Source of the DNA: a virus
Lineage: Duplodnaviria; Caudoviricetes
Strand: one strand, 5' to 3'
IMG/VR virus record: IMGVR_UViG_3300005805_000004
Coordinates: 1-42,769 of that record
DNA: 42,769 bases
Made by a program: the position numbers and the translations under genes. Below, piece by piece: positions 1 to 8,013 of the stretch; position 1 is the stretch's first letter; each line of letters opens with the position of its first letter. The notes under the pieces are model-generated. The model saw only the letters and a list, made by a program, of their open reading frames with translations, was not told the DNA's origin and made no database searches.

Positions 1-79
1 TTCCAACACCTCCCACGGTGTAGGCCGAGGGCAGACGTGCAGATCAAAGCCTTTTACGTCATGCGCGACGCCAGCGGTG
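1..79. repeat. Terminal direct repeat (circular overlap), copy 1
   Basis: Bases 1-79 are identical to 42691-42769, and an ORF reads through the junction. Confidence 0.97.
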
Positions 80-549
80 GCCAGCAGCGCATCCTTCAGC
101 TCGGTCTTAGTGCAACCCAGCTCTTTACATACCGCTAGCGAGGTCCAACCAAGTGCCATGAGCTTCCTAGCGCTATTGCCCAACAGACGCGCTTTATGCG
201 TGGCCTTGATTGTCCAGTTGCTGCCCCTTAGAAAGTGCAGGCACTCTCCTTGGGCAAACGTCCAGAAGATAGTGCTCAGCTTCCCCCGCTCTGGATCATG
301 CGCACGGCACGCCTTGAGAAAAGCGATGTCCACGCAGGAGAAGATGTCTTCTGAAGCCATGCAGTGCCGATACTTGCGGCACAGCTTCCCGCCAAACATG
401 CGGATCAGTCCAATGTTTTCGGCATACATCCGACCAAAGCGCCGCTGCTCTTCTTTGGTGAACGGTTTTGCCAGATGATGCTCAACGCGCTTTTTCTCCG
501 GTTCAGCCGGAGTGCTGAAGAATGAAAGTTGGCCTTCAGCGATGCGCAT
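1..549 (-). CDS. Truncated sigma70-family sigma factor (regions 2-3, SigF/SigB-like), 189 aa; continues across the junction to a stop at 42670
   Basis: Hand translation from ATG 549: MRIAEGQLSFF...ENIGLIRMFGGKLCRKYRHCMASEDIFSCVDIAFLKACRAHDPERGKLSTIFWTFAQGECLHFLR...AVCKELGCTKTEL...EVLEQSEEAT*. The DPERG-xST...GExLHxLR pattern is sigma region 2. Not in the ORF track. Confidence 0.8.
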   Translation of the reverse strand, partial: MRIAEGQLSFFSTPAEPEKKRVEHHLAKPFTKEEQRRFGRMYAENIGLIRMFGGKLCRKYRHCMASEDIFSCVDIAFLKACRAHDPERGKLSTIFWTFAQGECLHFLRGSNWTIKATHKARLLGNSARKLMALGWTSLAVCKELGCTKTELKDALLATAGVAHDVKGFDLHVCPRPTPWEVLE

Positions 550-558
550 ACATCCAGT

Positions 559-1116
559 CTAACTTCGCAAGACTTGAACAGCACCAACAGAAGATGATGC
601 CTTGCTTAAGCACAAGCAACCAAGCACCTGCTTCAGGTGTGGCACGACGTTCAACGCATTCTTGCTTTCGGCTTGCTGCACGCTGTTGAACTCCACATCA
701 ATGACGTCCACGCGGGCACGCTTGAGGTTGGCATTGGGAATGCCAGGAATCAGCTCACTACTACCAGCACCAGGAGCAGAAAGCAAAGTGCTATCACCAA
801 GCAACGCTTCAGCCAGATCAAATGTGGCCTGCCTAATTGGCTGTGGTACTTCAGTGGTCGTGACAGTCCAATCACCGCATGAAGCATCAGTACGTGGCCA
901 TAGCAGAGCTTGTGTTGTCGTGACCTTTTCGCCGATATAGGTCAATTCATCTAGGTAACGGGTCGCCATGATCAACGCCCGACCTTTATTGTCAGTGCTT
1001 GCCGAAGTCCAGTTGAGGGTGCCGAGGTACAGATCGGCAATGCCATCACCTTCAGCCACCGTCAGATAGCTATTAGCCGAAGCCGAGCCGACAGTGGCAA
1101 CAACGGTGACGGTCAT
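559..1116 (-). CDS. Head-tail adaptor (DnaT-like ssDNA-binding family phage neck protein)
   Basis: ANSYLTVAE...ALIMATRYLD...QALLWPR...VPQPIRQATFDLA motif set; follows the head genes. Confidence 0.7.
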   Translation of the reverse strand: MTVTVVATVGSASANSYLTVAEGDGIADLYLGTLNWTSASTDNKGRALIMATRYLDELTYIGEKVTTTQALLWPRTDASCGDWTVTTTEVPQPIRQATFDLAEALLGDSTLLSAPGAGSSELIPGIPNANLKRARVDVIDVEFNSVQQAESKNALNVVPHLKQVLGCLCLSKASSSVGAVQVLRS

Positions 1117-1134
1117 AACATCGCACTCTTAGCA

Positions 1135-2151
1135 CTAACTTGCCTTGGGAGCAGACCACTGCTTAACGGCCTTGTCAAAGCTGATTTCACCATCTACAAG
1201 GCGCTGACCCAGCTTTTTGCCAAATATGGCTTGGGCTGTGTTGGGGTTGTCCTTGACCCATTGCTTGGCAGCCACCTTGAAATCAAGCGGCTGCTCAGGC
1301 CCGTCACCATCAGCAAGGCGACGCGGTGCGACGGGGTTGCCGTTTGGATCGCGCATATCCTCGTTGCGCCATTTCCAAGGCACGAGGCTGCAGCGGCACT
1401 GCATATGAGGCGAGACCTTTTGGTAGTCCGGCGGGAAACGCTTCCCGTCCAGCTTCAAGCAGATTGGACAGACTTGGCTATCAAGCAGAGCAGTCCAAAC
1501 CAAGCCTTCGGCATCAAGCCAGTCCGGGTCAGCTTCATATTGGTAGATGGCCTGTTGTGCTGCGCTGCCGACTTCGTTGACTGCAGTGCGCACCATGGCT
1601 TCGACGTTGTTCTCAGTGACGCGCACCACGGCGTTCTGATAGGTGGCAAACGTCTCACCACCAATGTCCGATAGGCCAAGGCGGATGAACCGCTCCACCC
1701 GATCTGCCACGGTGACTGGCAATGCTTGAGTCAGTTGTGCGCTGAGAGTTTTGCCACCAACCACGGCATCGTTGACTAGGCGCTGCACTTGCACTTGGTT
1801 TAACTGGCCGGCGCCTTCAGCGGTGAGGGTGCCACCCGCCATTTGCACCAGCTGCCTGGCGTAGTCCAGCTGCTGCCCCACAAATGGTGCCAGAGCTTCC
1901 TGCAGTGCCGCCAGCTGCGGCACACCAAAGGATTCCTGCACGCTGCGAGCGACAGCAGCTGTGATAGCAGCAATGGTGCGCTCACGGTTGACACCAACCG
2001 CCAGCACACCAGAGCTACCAACAACACGCTCCACTGCAGCCAAGGTATTGCGCAGATCGCGCAACGCTTGACGAATCAGACGATCCTCTAGCTTGCGCTG
2101 CCTTAGCCCATTACGAAGGAAAACCTCAATCTGCTGGGAGAGATCAGCCAC
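1135..2151 (-). CDS. Minor head morphogenesis protein (SPP1 gp7 / Mu F-like)
   Basis: WTALLDSQVCPICLKLDGK...PHMQCRCSLVP motif. Confidence 0.85.
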   Translation of the reverse strand: MADLSQQIEVFLRNGLRQRKLEDRLIRQALRDLRNTLAAVERVVGSSGVLAVGVNRERTIAAITAAVARSVQESFGVPQLAALQEALAPFVGQQLDYARQLVQMAGGTLTAEGAGQLNQVQVQRLVNDAVVGGKTLSAQLTQALPVTVADRVERFIRLGLSDIGGETFATYQNAVVRVTENNVEAMVRTAVNEVGSAAQQAIYQYEADPDWLDAEGLVWTALLDSQVCPICLKLDGKRFPPDYQKVSPHMQCRCSLVPWKWRNEDMRDPNGNPVAPRRLADGDGPEQPLDFKVAAKQWVKDNPNTAQAIFGKKLGQRLVDGEISFDKAVKQWSAPKAS

Positions 2152-2281
2152 GGCCTTGGCCCCTTAGCTTCTTGCGTCCATGGTTAGGGCGACTGTGTTG
2201 CCCTTGCCCCTGTCGCGTCTTTTTCGGGGGTGACTGCGTAAAAAGGCGGGCACCAAGACCCGCCTTAGCTTTGGTTGCCAT
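2144..2281 (-). CDS. Small basic protein, 45 aa (PKKTRQG...RGQG type seen in cyanophages)
   Basis: Hand translation MATKAKAGLGARLFTQSPPKKTRQGQGQHSRPNHGRKKLRGQGRG; overlaps the upstream stop (TGATG) and the downstream start. Confidence 0.7.
   Translation of the reverse strand: MATKAKAGLGARLFTQSPPKKTRQGQGQHSRPNHGRKKLRGQGRG
2240..2266 (-). terminator. Rho-independent terminator after the capsid operon, inside the 45-aa ORF
   Basis: Minus strand AAGGCGGG-TCTTGGTG-CCCGCCTT-TTT. Confidence 0.65.
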
Positions 2282-2538
2282 CAGAGCTTGTAGGCCACAA
2301 CCTTGCCGCTGGTGAGCGTCACCGAAGTGAACAACCCATCAATGGCACCACCGGCCGGGATCGGCACAGCGGAGAAGGTGTTACCCGAAGCGTTCTGCAC
2401 CGTGGCCGTGTTGATCACGGTGGCTTCGAGGGCATAAAGACGGAAGAACCGTCCGGTGTGAGCACTGGTGTCAGTGATCAGCTCAAAGCCAACCTGACCA
2501 GCACCACCCACCTGTTCAGTGGAAGGAAAGACGGCCAT
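2281..2538 (-). CDS. Small beta-rich virion protein (possible capsid decoration)
   Basis: 85 aa ORF coupled to its neighbours downstream of the capsid gene. Confidence 0.55.
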   Translation of the reverse strand: MAVFPSTEQVGGAGQVGFELITDTSAHTGRFFRLYALEATVINTATVQNASGNTFSAVPIPAGGAIDGLFTSVTLTSGKVVAYKL

Positions 2539-2690
2539 CAGGATTCCTCCTCAGCCTTCTTACGACCACGCTTAGGTGTTTCCGCTTGAGGCAAAGGTGC
2601 CTCGCAAACTGCTGGCTCGGAAGGAATAGAGGCTGCCGAAGCAGCCTCCTCTTCTTCACGACGGGCCAGGTTGAAACCTGTTAATCCCAT
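2538..2690 (-). CDS. Small hypothetical protein, 50 aa
   Basis: Hand translation MGLTGFNLARREEEEAASAAS...PKRGRKKAEEES; TGATG overlap with the next gene. Confidence 0.65.
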   Translation of the reverse strand: MGLTGFNLARREEEEAASAASIPSEPAVCEAPLPQAETPKRGRKKAEEES

Positions 2691-2699
2691 CGTTCAACC

Positions 2700-3752
2700 T
2701 CAATCAAAGTTGCTAGTTACAGTTCCACGAACCACTCCGATGTTTTTCGTGGAATAAACCTTGGTCCAGTTAGTAATGGTGGCCAAGGTTGCCTGACTGG
2801 GGTTAGCACCGCCGGCAGTTTGATACTGCGCACCAATGGGGTGGTAGCAGTTGTGCCAAGACACAGCCATGTAGTCAGCCAGCGCGAGGATGTCGCGGTC
2901 AACCTCAGTCTTCAGACCTTGCTGTTCGCCAGAGGCCACAGCGCCAGGGGTGAAGAAATAAGTGGCGTACTTCTTGCTGGAGCCAGAACCAGAGGTCTGC
3001 ACATCGTCGGAGACGATCACGCGCATGCCCATGAAGAAGGGCACGCTGTCATCCGCAGTGAAAGCACCAGCCACAGAGCCAGCGAACACATCGGGGGTGG
3101 CAGCGTTAGAAGCAGCAGCGGTAGCGCGAGCTTCAGCAGCGGTCACGTAATCAATGGCGCGACGCTCCACCAAGTCGTAGTAGACGGCGGAGTGCATGCA
3201 GATGGCGGAGAGCTTGTCGCCCTGATCACCCAGCAATGCACGAGCCTTGGCCACGTGGCGTGGGGTTAGGGGAGTTTCACCCGAACCACCGGCATCAAAG
3301 GTCAGGTCGATGAAGGCAGCACCGGTGTTAGAGGAACCGACAGCGCCGAACACACCAGCGAGGGTGGCCAGCAGGTCTTTCTGCTGCTGGAAGGCGATGT
3401 AGGAAGCCACCTTGTTGCCAATGGCGGCCATCGGATCAGCGCCAGCAGCCAGCTTGGCCAGCTCACGCACACCCCAAGCACGACCACGGTGCAGGATTAC
3501 GCCGCGCTGCTTATCGGCAGTGATGTTGCCGGGGGTGAGCGAACCGGAGTCGCTCAGCACCTCAGCATCACCGCTCAGGTTGGCAGCGAAATGGGGGACG
3601 TTCACGTAGTCACCACCATCAACGGCATTGAGAGCCTCAAGGGGCTGCACAACGCCAGAAGCGATGAAGGCGTTCTTGAGGGTGGTGGCCTCCTCAAGAT
3701 AGGGGGTGAAGATTTCGGGAATTACAATGTCCGACCGCACAGTGGCAGCCAT
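2700..3752 (-). CDS. Major capsid protein
   Basis: 350 aa, SDIVIPEIFTPY N-terminus, follows the scaffold gene. Confidence 0.9.
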   Translation of the reverse strand: MAATVRSDIVIPEIFTPYLEEATTLKNAFIASGVVQPLEALNAVDGGDYVNVPHFAANLSGDAEVLSDSGSLTPGNITADKQRGVILHRGRAWGVRELAKLAAGADPMAAIGNKVASYIAFQQQKDLLATLAGVFGAVGSSNTGAAFIDLTFDAGGSGETPLTPRHVAKARALLGDQGDKLSAICMHSAVYYDLVERRAIDYVTAAEARATAAASNAATPDVFAGSVAGAFTADDSVPFFMGMRVIVSDDVQTSGSGSSKKYATYFFTPGAVASGEQQGLKTEVDRDILALADYMAVSWHNCYHPIGAQYQTAGGANPSQATLATITNWTKVYSTKNIGVVRGTVTSNFD

Positions 3753-3843
3753 GGTGTTCTCCAGGTTAGGGGTTTACAAAGGCGGCCAACAGCCATTCAG
3801 GGTGCCAACAGCTACCCATTACCTCTAAGTATTCCGCTGCGTA

Positions 3844-4533
3844 TTACTTAGTCGCAGCGGATTTCAATCGTGCGTAAAGCTCAGGATCAGTCTTGTAGAT
3901 ACGAGCCTGTTCAGTGAGGTTGTAGTGCTCCCGACTAAAGGGGTTCTTGCTGCCAGCCGGTAGCTCACCACCGCCAGTACTGCGGCCAACAGGTGCGCCG
4001 GTGCCTTGGGGCTTGGGTGCCTTCAGGCGGTATTGCGGCAGGCTGGAACGTGCCCAATCACCGATGGGCGTGCGTTGATAGCCGTCAACAACAACCACAG
4101 TGCCGTCAGCTTCTCGCTCAATTTGATCAGGCTTCAGCTTCAGGCGTATGACTTCATCAGGATCATGGACAGTGTCAGCCAGTGCAGCAACCGCTGGTGC
4201 AATCAGCTTAAGCTCACGGTTTTCTGCTTCAAGGGTCTCTAAGCGCTGTTGAAGCTGCGATTCACGCTCTCGGAACTGGGCTTCTAACGCCTGGCGGGCT
4301 TCGGCGTATTTGCCTTGTTGCTCCAGTTGAGCCTGCTCGTGTTCCTGCTTGAACTTGATCAGGCCATCAATATCAATGCCGTCAGGCAAAGCACGAATCT
4401 TGTCTTTGGCTTGACCCAGTTGACGCTCAAGCTTTTGGTTGTGCTGGATCAGGGATTCAATCTTTGACTGCAGGGCAGCAGCATCGACAGAAGACTGACC
4501 CAGTGACTCTTGCTGATCAAGATCGTCTGACAA
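3844..4533 (-). CDS. Capsid scaffolding protein
   Basis: Coiled-coil N-half, C-terminal KNPF...NLTEQ...DPE motif, between portal and capsid. Confidence 0.8.
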   Translation of the reverse strand: MSDDLDQQESLGQSSVDAAALQSKIESLIQHNQKLERQLGQAKDKIRALPDGIDIDGLIKFKQEHEQAQLEQQGKYAEARQALEAQFRERESQLQQRLETLEAENRELKLIAPAVAALADTVHDPDEVIRLKLKPDQIEREADGTVVVVDGYQRTPIGDWARSSLPQYRLKAPKPQGTGAPVGRSTGGGELPAGSKNPFSREHYNLTEQARIYKTDPELYARLKSAATK

Positions 4534-4569
4534 AGCAGCAACACAAATGGCACATCGTCAAAAGTATAA

Positions 4570-6039
4570 CTAGCCCGCGCTAGCCACACTATTCAGCTCT
4601 TGCAGGTTGGCGTCAAGCTGAGCAGCTTGAGCGTCCATGCGTTGCGCTTGCTGGGCTGCAGTGGCTTCAATTTCAGCATCAACATTGAAGTCGTCGTAAA
4701 GCCACTCGCCATCAGCCAGCTGGATCAGCAGTGTCTCTTGAGTGATGTCGCCGTTCATGCGTAGCTTGATCAGCTCCGCGACGTGTGCTGGCTCTAGGGT
4801 GCGGGCCACGAAGTCGTTGTTCACCATGCTGCTGCCGGAGGTGGGCAGGTTCAGGTAGGCGGCGTGGAACTGCAGGCAGCTGTCGATCAGGTTCTGCAGG
4901 CCGATGGCCACGGCTTGCAGGGCGGCATCACCTTGGCTGCGCTCAATGGCCTTGGATTCGGCGGCCTGATTGGTCATGTTCTGACCAAGCACTGCGGCTA
5001 AACCAAGCTCTGCGATCTGCTTTTCGATGCGATCCAGCTCGGTGAAGCGGGCTTGGTAGCTGGTGCCGGTGGGTTCGGTGAACTCAGCGCGGGCATCCAC
5101 CGGAAAGGCCATTGCTGAGTTGGGGCCAGCCTCTAACTCGTCGACTTCGGCCGGTACACCGAAGAGGTTGTAACGGGGAACCGCAGCGACGTGGAGGATG
5201 TTGGCCTGATCGGATTCGCAGCGGTAGGCCTTGAGGTTCAGCCAGGCGACTTCCTCTAGCGGCGGGGTGGATTCGAGGATGCCGGTGCGGTTGGCATAGG
5301 CAACAGCGAAGGGGATTTGATCGAGTGTGGTGGTGCCTTCGGAGATGAGTTCCCAGTCGCGGTTCTTGGAGGCCTGCTTGCGGTAGAGACGGAAGCGGCC
5401 GATCTCCAGCACGCGCACCTGCTCCACCAGTTCCTCGCCGAACTCGCCGTAAGGCACGACGACTTGCTCGCGGAGGCGCAGTTGCGTGAGCTGCTGAGAG
5501 CCGTTCACCACATCGGTGCGCCAGCCAAGGATGTCGCGTGGTGTGTAGCTCACCCAGTACGGGCGGCTGAAGTCGGTGACGGGCGACTCATCGCCTTCAT
5601 CACCGCGAGGGAAATCCACCAGCACACCAACGTGGCCGTAGCGGATGGCTTTCCGCGCCAGATCCTGCAGGTAGACGTTCAGATCAGCACCGCTGAGATC
5701 CACGTCGTAGAGGTGCTGCTGGATCACGTCGGGCACGTTGTCCAGACGCACCGGCTTGCGGGTGAGCATGCCGGCCAGCATCTGCTCTAGCCGCAGCGTG
5801 TAAGGCGGGCAGACGGAGCGGGCTAAGCGTGCCTGATAGCTTTCGTCGTCTTCCTTGGGTTCTTGCGGGAGGTAGCGGCGGCCTGCAGCTTGCATGCCGA
5901 GGGTGCCAAGAGCCAGCTGTTCGATGAGGCGCCAGCGCGGTTCCATGCGCTGCCACGGGATACCAGGATCGTGAACCTGAAGGTCCTTGATGGTGGTCAA
6001 GGCGAGGTTCAGATTGGTGGTGGTCGCGAGGGTATGCAC
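4570..6039 (-). CDS. Portal protein (DUF4055-type)
   Basis: 489 aa, YLPQEPKEDDESYQARL and YGHVGVLVDFP motifs, after terminase. Confidence 0.88.
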   Translation of the reverse strand: MHTLATTTNLNLALTTIKDLQVHDPGIPWQRMEPRWRLIEQLALGTLGMQAAGRRYLPQEPKEDDESYQARLARSVCPPYTLRLEQMLAGMLTRKPVRLDNVPDVIQQHLYDVDLSGADLNVYLQDLARKAIRYGHVGVLVDFPRGDEGDESPVTDFSRPYWVSYTPRDILGWRTDVVNGSQQLTQLRLREQVVVPYGEFGEELVEQVRVLEIGRFRLYRKQASKNRDWELISEGTTTLDQIPFAVAYANRTGILESTPPLEEVAWLNLKAYRCESDQANILHVAAVPRYNLFGVPAEVDELEAGPNSAMAFPVDARAEFTEPTGTSYQARFTELDRIEKQIAELGLAAVLGQNMTNQAAESKAIERSQGDAALQAVAIGLQNLIDSCLQFHAAYLNLPTSGSSMVNNDFVARTLEPAHVAELIKLRMNGDITQETLLIQLADGEWLYDDFNVDAEIEATAAQQAQRMDAQAAQLDANLQELNSVASAG

Positions 6040-6066
6040 CGGTTCTTTATGTCTAGTTTTCCGGCG

Positions 6067-6252
6067 CTATGTGGTGATCAGCGCTTTGCGAACGGCATAA
6101 CGGGAGATATTGAGGTGGGTGGCGATCATGTTCTGACTCATGCCTGAAGCGCGAAGGCGATGGATGCGCTGCTGCTGGGACTCGGTAGCCCAGAGGATGA
6201 GGATGAGTGGGAAGAGCAGGATCACGGCCACCCACGCGATGGTGGTTGACAT
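6067..6252 (-). CDS. Small membrane-anchored HTH protein
   Basis: Hydrophobic residues 5-21 followed by GMSQNMIATHLNISRYAVRKAL (HTH). Confidence 0.7.
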   Translation of the reverse strand: MSTTIAWVAVILLFPLILILWATESQQQRIHRLRASGMSQNMIATHLNISRYAVRKALITT

Positions 6253-6327
6253 GGCAGTGATGAAATGGGGTGGTTAGAAGCCGCCGGGGAGTCCGAAGAG
6301 GCCGCCGGGTTCAACTAACCGAACGAA

Positions 6328-6356
6328 GCCTAGCCCATCGACGCGACTAGCGCAAG
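6328..6356 (-). promoter_or_regulatory. Putative sigma70-type promoter of the TM-HTH gene
   Basis: TTGCGC-17 nt-TAGGCT on the minus strand. Confidence 0.4.
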
Positions 6357-7706
6357 TCAATACAGCCGCAACCCGCGCACCGCCTTGCCGCTGGTGGCAC
6401 GGCCCACCTCAAAGCAGCGGTGGACGATGTACCCCAGCGCGTCGTTCATGTGGTCAAAACCCGCTTCCTTGTCGGGATCACCTTTGTCGTTGTAGCTCTG
6501 CAGCTCTAGGCACTCGATGGTGCGCTTGCAACGCGAATCGACGAACAGGCGCACATCGCCGTTGCCGTTCTCCAGCAGGGCTTGAACCGCTGCGATGCGA
6601 TCACGCACCGGCGGGTTGGCCTTGGGCGCCATGTTGTGAATGTCGTAGGCCTCAAGGATCGCTACATCAGAGCGGGAGCTATTGGTGCTGCGGGCAGCGC
6701 CGGAGGCGTCTGGATAGCCAAGGATGCGTGCTTTGCCGTAACGGCGGCGCACCTCTTGGCCTAGGGCATCGGTGTCATGGGCACCGCTGATCTCGTCAAA
6801 GATGTGCAGCGTGTTGCCACGGCGTACGGCGAGGATGCCGGACATGTTGCCGACGTTGAAGTCGATGCCAAGCAGGATCGGCTCGTCGATGTCCCACGTG
6901 ACGGGTTGGACGTGTTTGTCGCGGCTGAAGCGGTCGTAGACCTGCCCGGTGGTCAGGTTGACCCATTGGCCTTCCAAGTAGGCCAGCAGCAAGCTGGGGT
7001 CGTAGTTGGCCTTGAGGGTTTCGATGAAGTCCGGCGGCAGGTGCGGGTTGTCGTAGGTGCGCATCCTGATCAGGTGCCGATCTTCACGAGCCAGGGCTTC
7101 TTCAGTGCCGAAGTTCTGGTAGAGCCAGCTGTAGCCCTCGGGTGTAGAGGCGGCAGCGAACTGACGGGTGTTACCGGAGCGCAGGCGGCCAAGGATCTTG
7201 GTGAAAGCCTTTTGCGCCAGCGTCTTGTTCACGGTGTCCACCTCGTCTGCGAGACACCAGGCAAGGTTGAGACCGATGAGGCGTGTCCAGTTCTCGAAGG
7301 AACGGCACAGGATCTTGGTGTCACCGCCTGGCAGGTGGAGGATGTATTCCGGGAGCGGTGAAGCCCGGAAGGTGTAGGGGATGTCGTAGGCCTCTAGGAA
7401 GTCGTCAAAGTCGTTTTGCCAGATGTCGCGGATGAGGGGACCGGTTGGTTCCATGACGCAACCGATGAAGCCCTGATTGGCGATGGCGAGGTTGACGGCT
7501 TTAGCGGCTAGGGCACGGGTTTTACCTGAGCCGTAGCCAGCGCAAAGGGCAACGATCTTGTGATCGGTATCGTCGATGAAGGCTTGCTGCTTGGGGTGCA
7601 GGTCGCTGTAGATGCGAGCGAGCAGCGTGGCGTTGTCTTGCTCGGTGGCTTGCGCCATGAAGCTGAGCAGAGGCTGAGGTTCACAGATGCCGGTGAGCAA
7701 ACTCAC
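6357..7706 (-). CDS. terL: Terminase large subunit
   Basis: Walker A AGYGSGKT, Walker B CLADE, nuclease motifs GIDFN and DHMNDALGY. Confidence 0.95.
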   Translation of the reverse strand: MSLLTGICEPQPLLSFMAQATEQDNATLLARIYSDLHPKQQAFIDDTDHKIVALCAGYGSGKTRALAAKAVNLAIANQGFIGCVMEPTGPLIRDIWQNDFDDFLEAYDIPYTFRASPLPEYILHLPGGDTKILCRSFENWTRLIGLNLAWCLADEVDTVNKTLAQKAFTKILGRLRSGNTRQFAAASTPEGYSWLYQNFGTEEALAREDRHLIRMRTYDNPHLPPDFIETLKANYDPSLLLAYLEGQWVNLTTGQVYDRFSRDKHVQPVTWDIDEPILLGIDFNVGNMSGILAVRRGNTLHIFDEISGAHDTDALGQEVRRRYGKARILGYPDASGAARSTNSSRSDVAILEAYDIHNMAPKANPPVRDRIAAVQALLENGNGDVRLFVDSRCKRTIECLELQSYNDKGDPDKEAGFDHMNDALGYIVHRCFEVGRATSGKAVRGLRLY

Positions 7707-7831
7707 GCCGGGCGGTTGATGATGGTGCGCACGGTGCCATCAGGCTTGACGGCAATGACCTTGTGCAGCTGGTGCTGACCGGGCTTGGCCTTGAGCAGGC
7801 GGCCCACAGCGGTGACTTCAGGCTTGGTCAT
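7703..7831 (-). CDS. Small hypothetical protein, 42 aa
   Basis: Hand translation MTKPEVTAVGRLLKAKPGQHQLHKVIAVKPDGTVRTIINRPA; coupled to terL. Confidence 0.6.
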   Translation of the reverse strand: MTKPEVTAVGRLLKAKPGQHQLHKVIAVKPDGTVRTIINRPA

Positions 7832-7977
7832 TCACCTGCCTCTTCGTCAGCGTCTTGATCAGTCAAAAGCCGCAAGGCAATGCGCTGTTGCGTCAACTGC
7901 AAAGCACCGATCAGCTCAATAACACTGATTTCACTAACCTCAATCAGCTCATCCAACCCATCAAGAAAAGAGTCCAT
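7828..7977 (-). CDS. Small acidic protein, 49 aa
   Basis: Hand translation MDSFLDGLDELIEVSEISVIELIGALQLTQQRIALRLLTDQDADEEAGE; ATGA overlap with the next ORF. Confidence 0.65.
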   Translation of the reverse strand: MDSFLDGLDELIEVSEISVIELIGALQLTQQRIALRLLTDQDADEEAGE

Positions 7978-8013
7978 AAAGGATCAGTCGTTGATGAGAG
8001 TTTAGCTGGCAGA

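Noticed and set aside
1-79. 79-bp terminal repeat as a biological direct terminal repeat
   Set aside because: It cuts through the middle of a gene and has a length typical of an assembler k-mer overlap; treated as evidence of circularity only
77-478. Plus-strand 133-aa ORF and minus 405..587 ORF
   Set aside because: Shadows of the junction-spanning sigma gene, which has recognisable motifs
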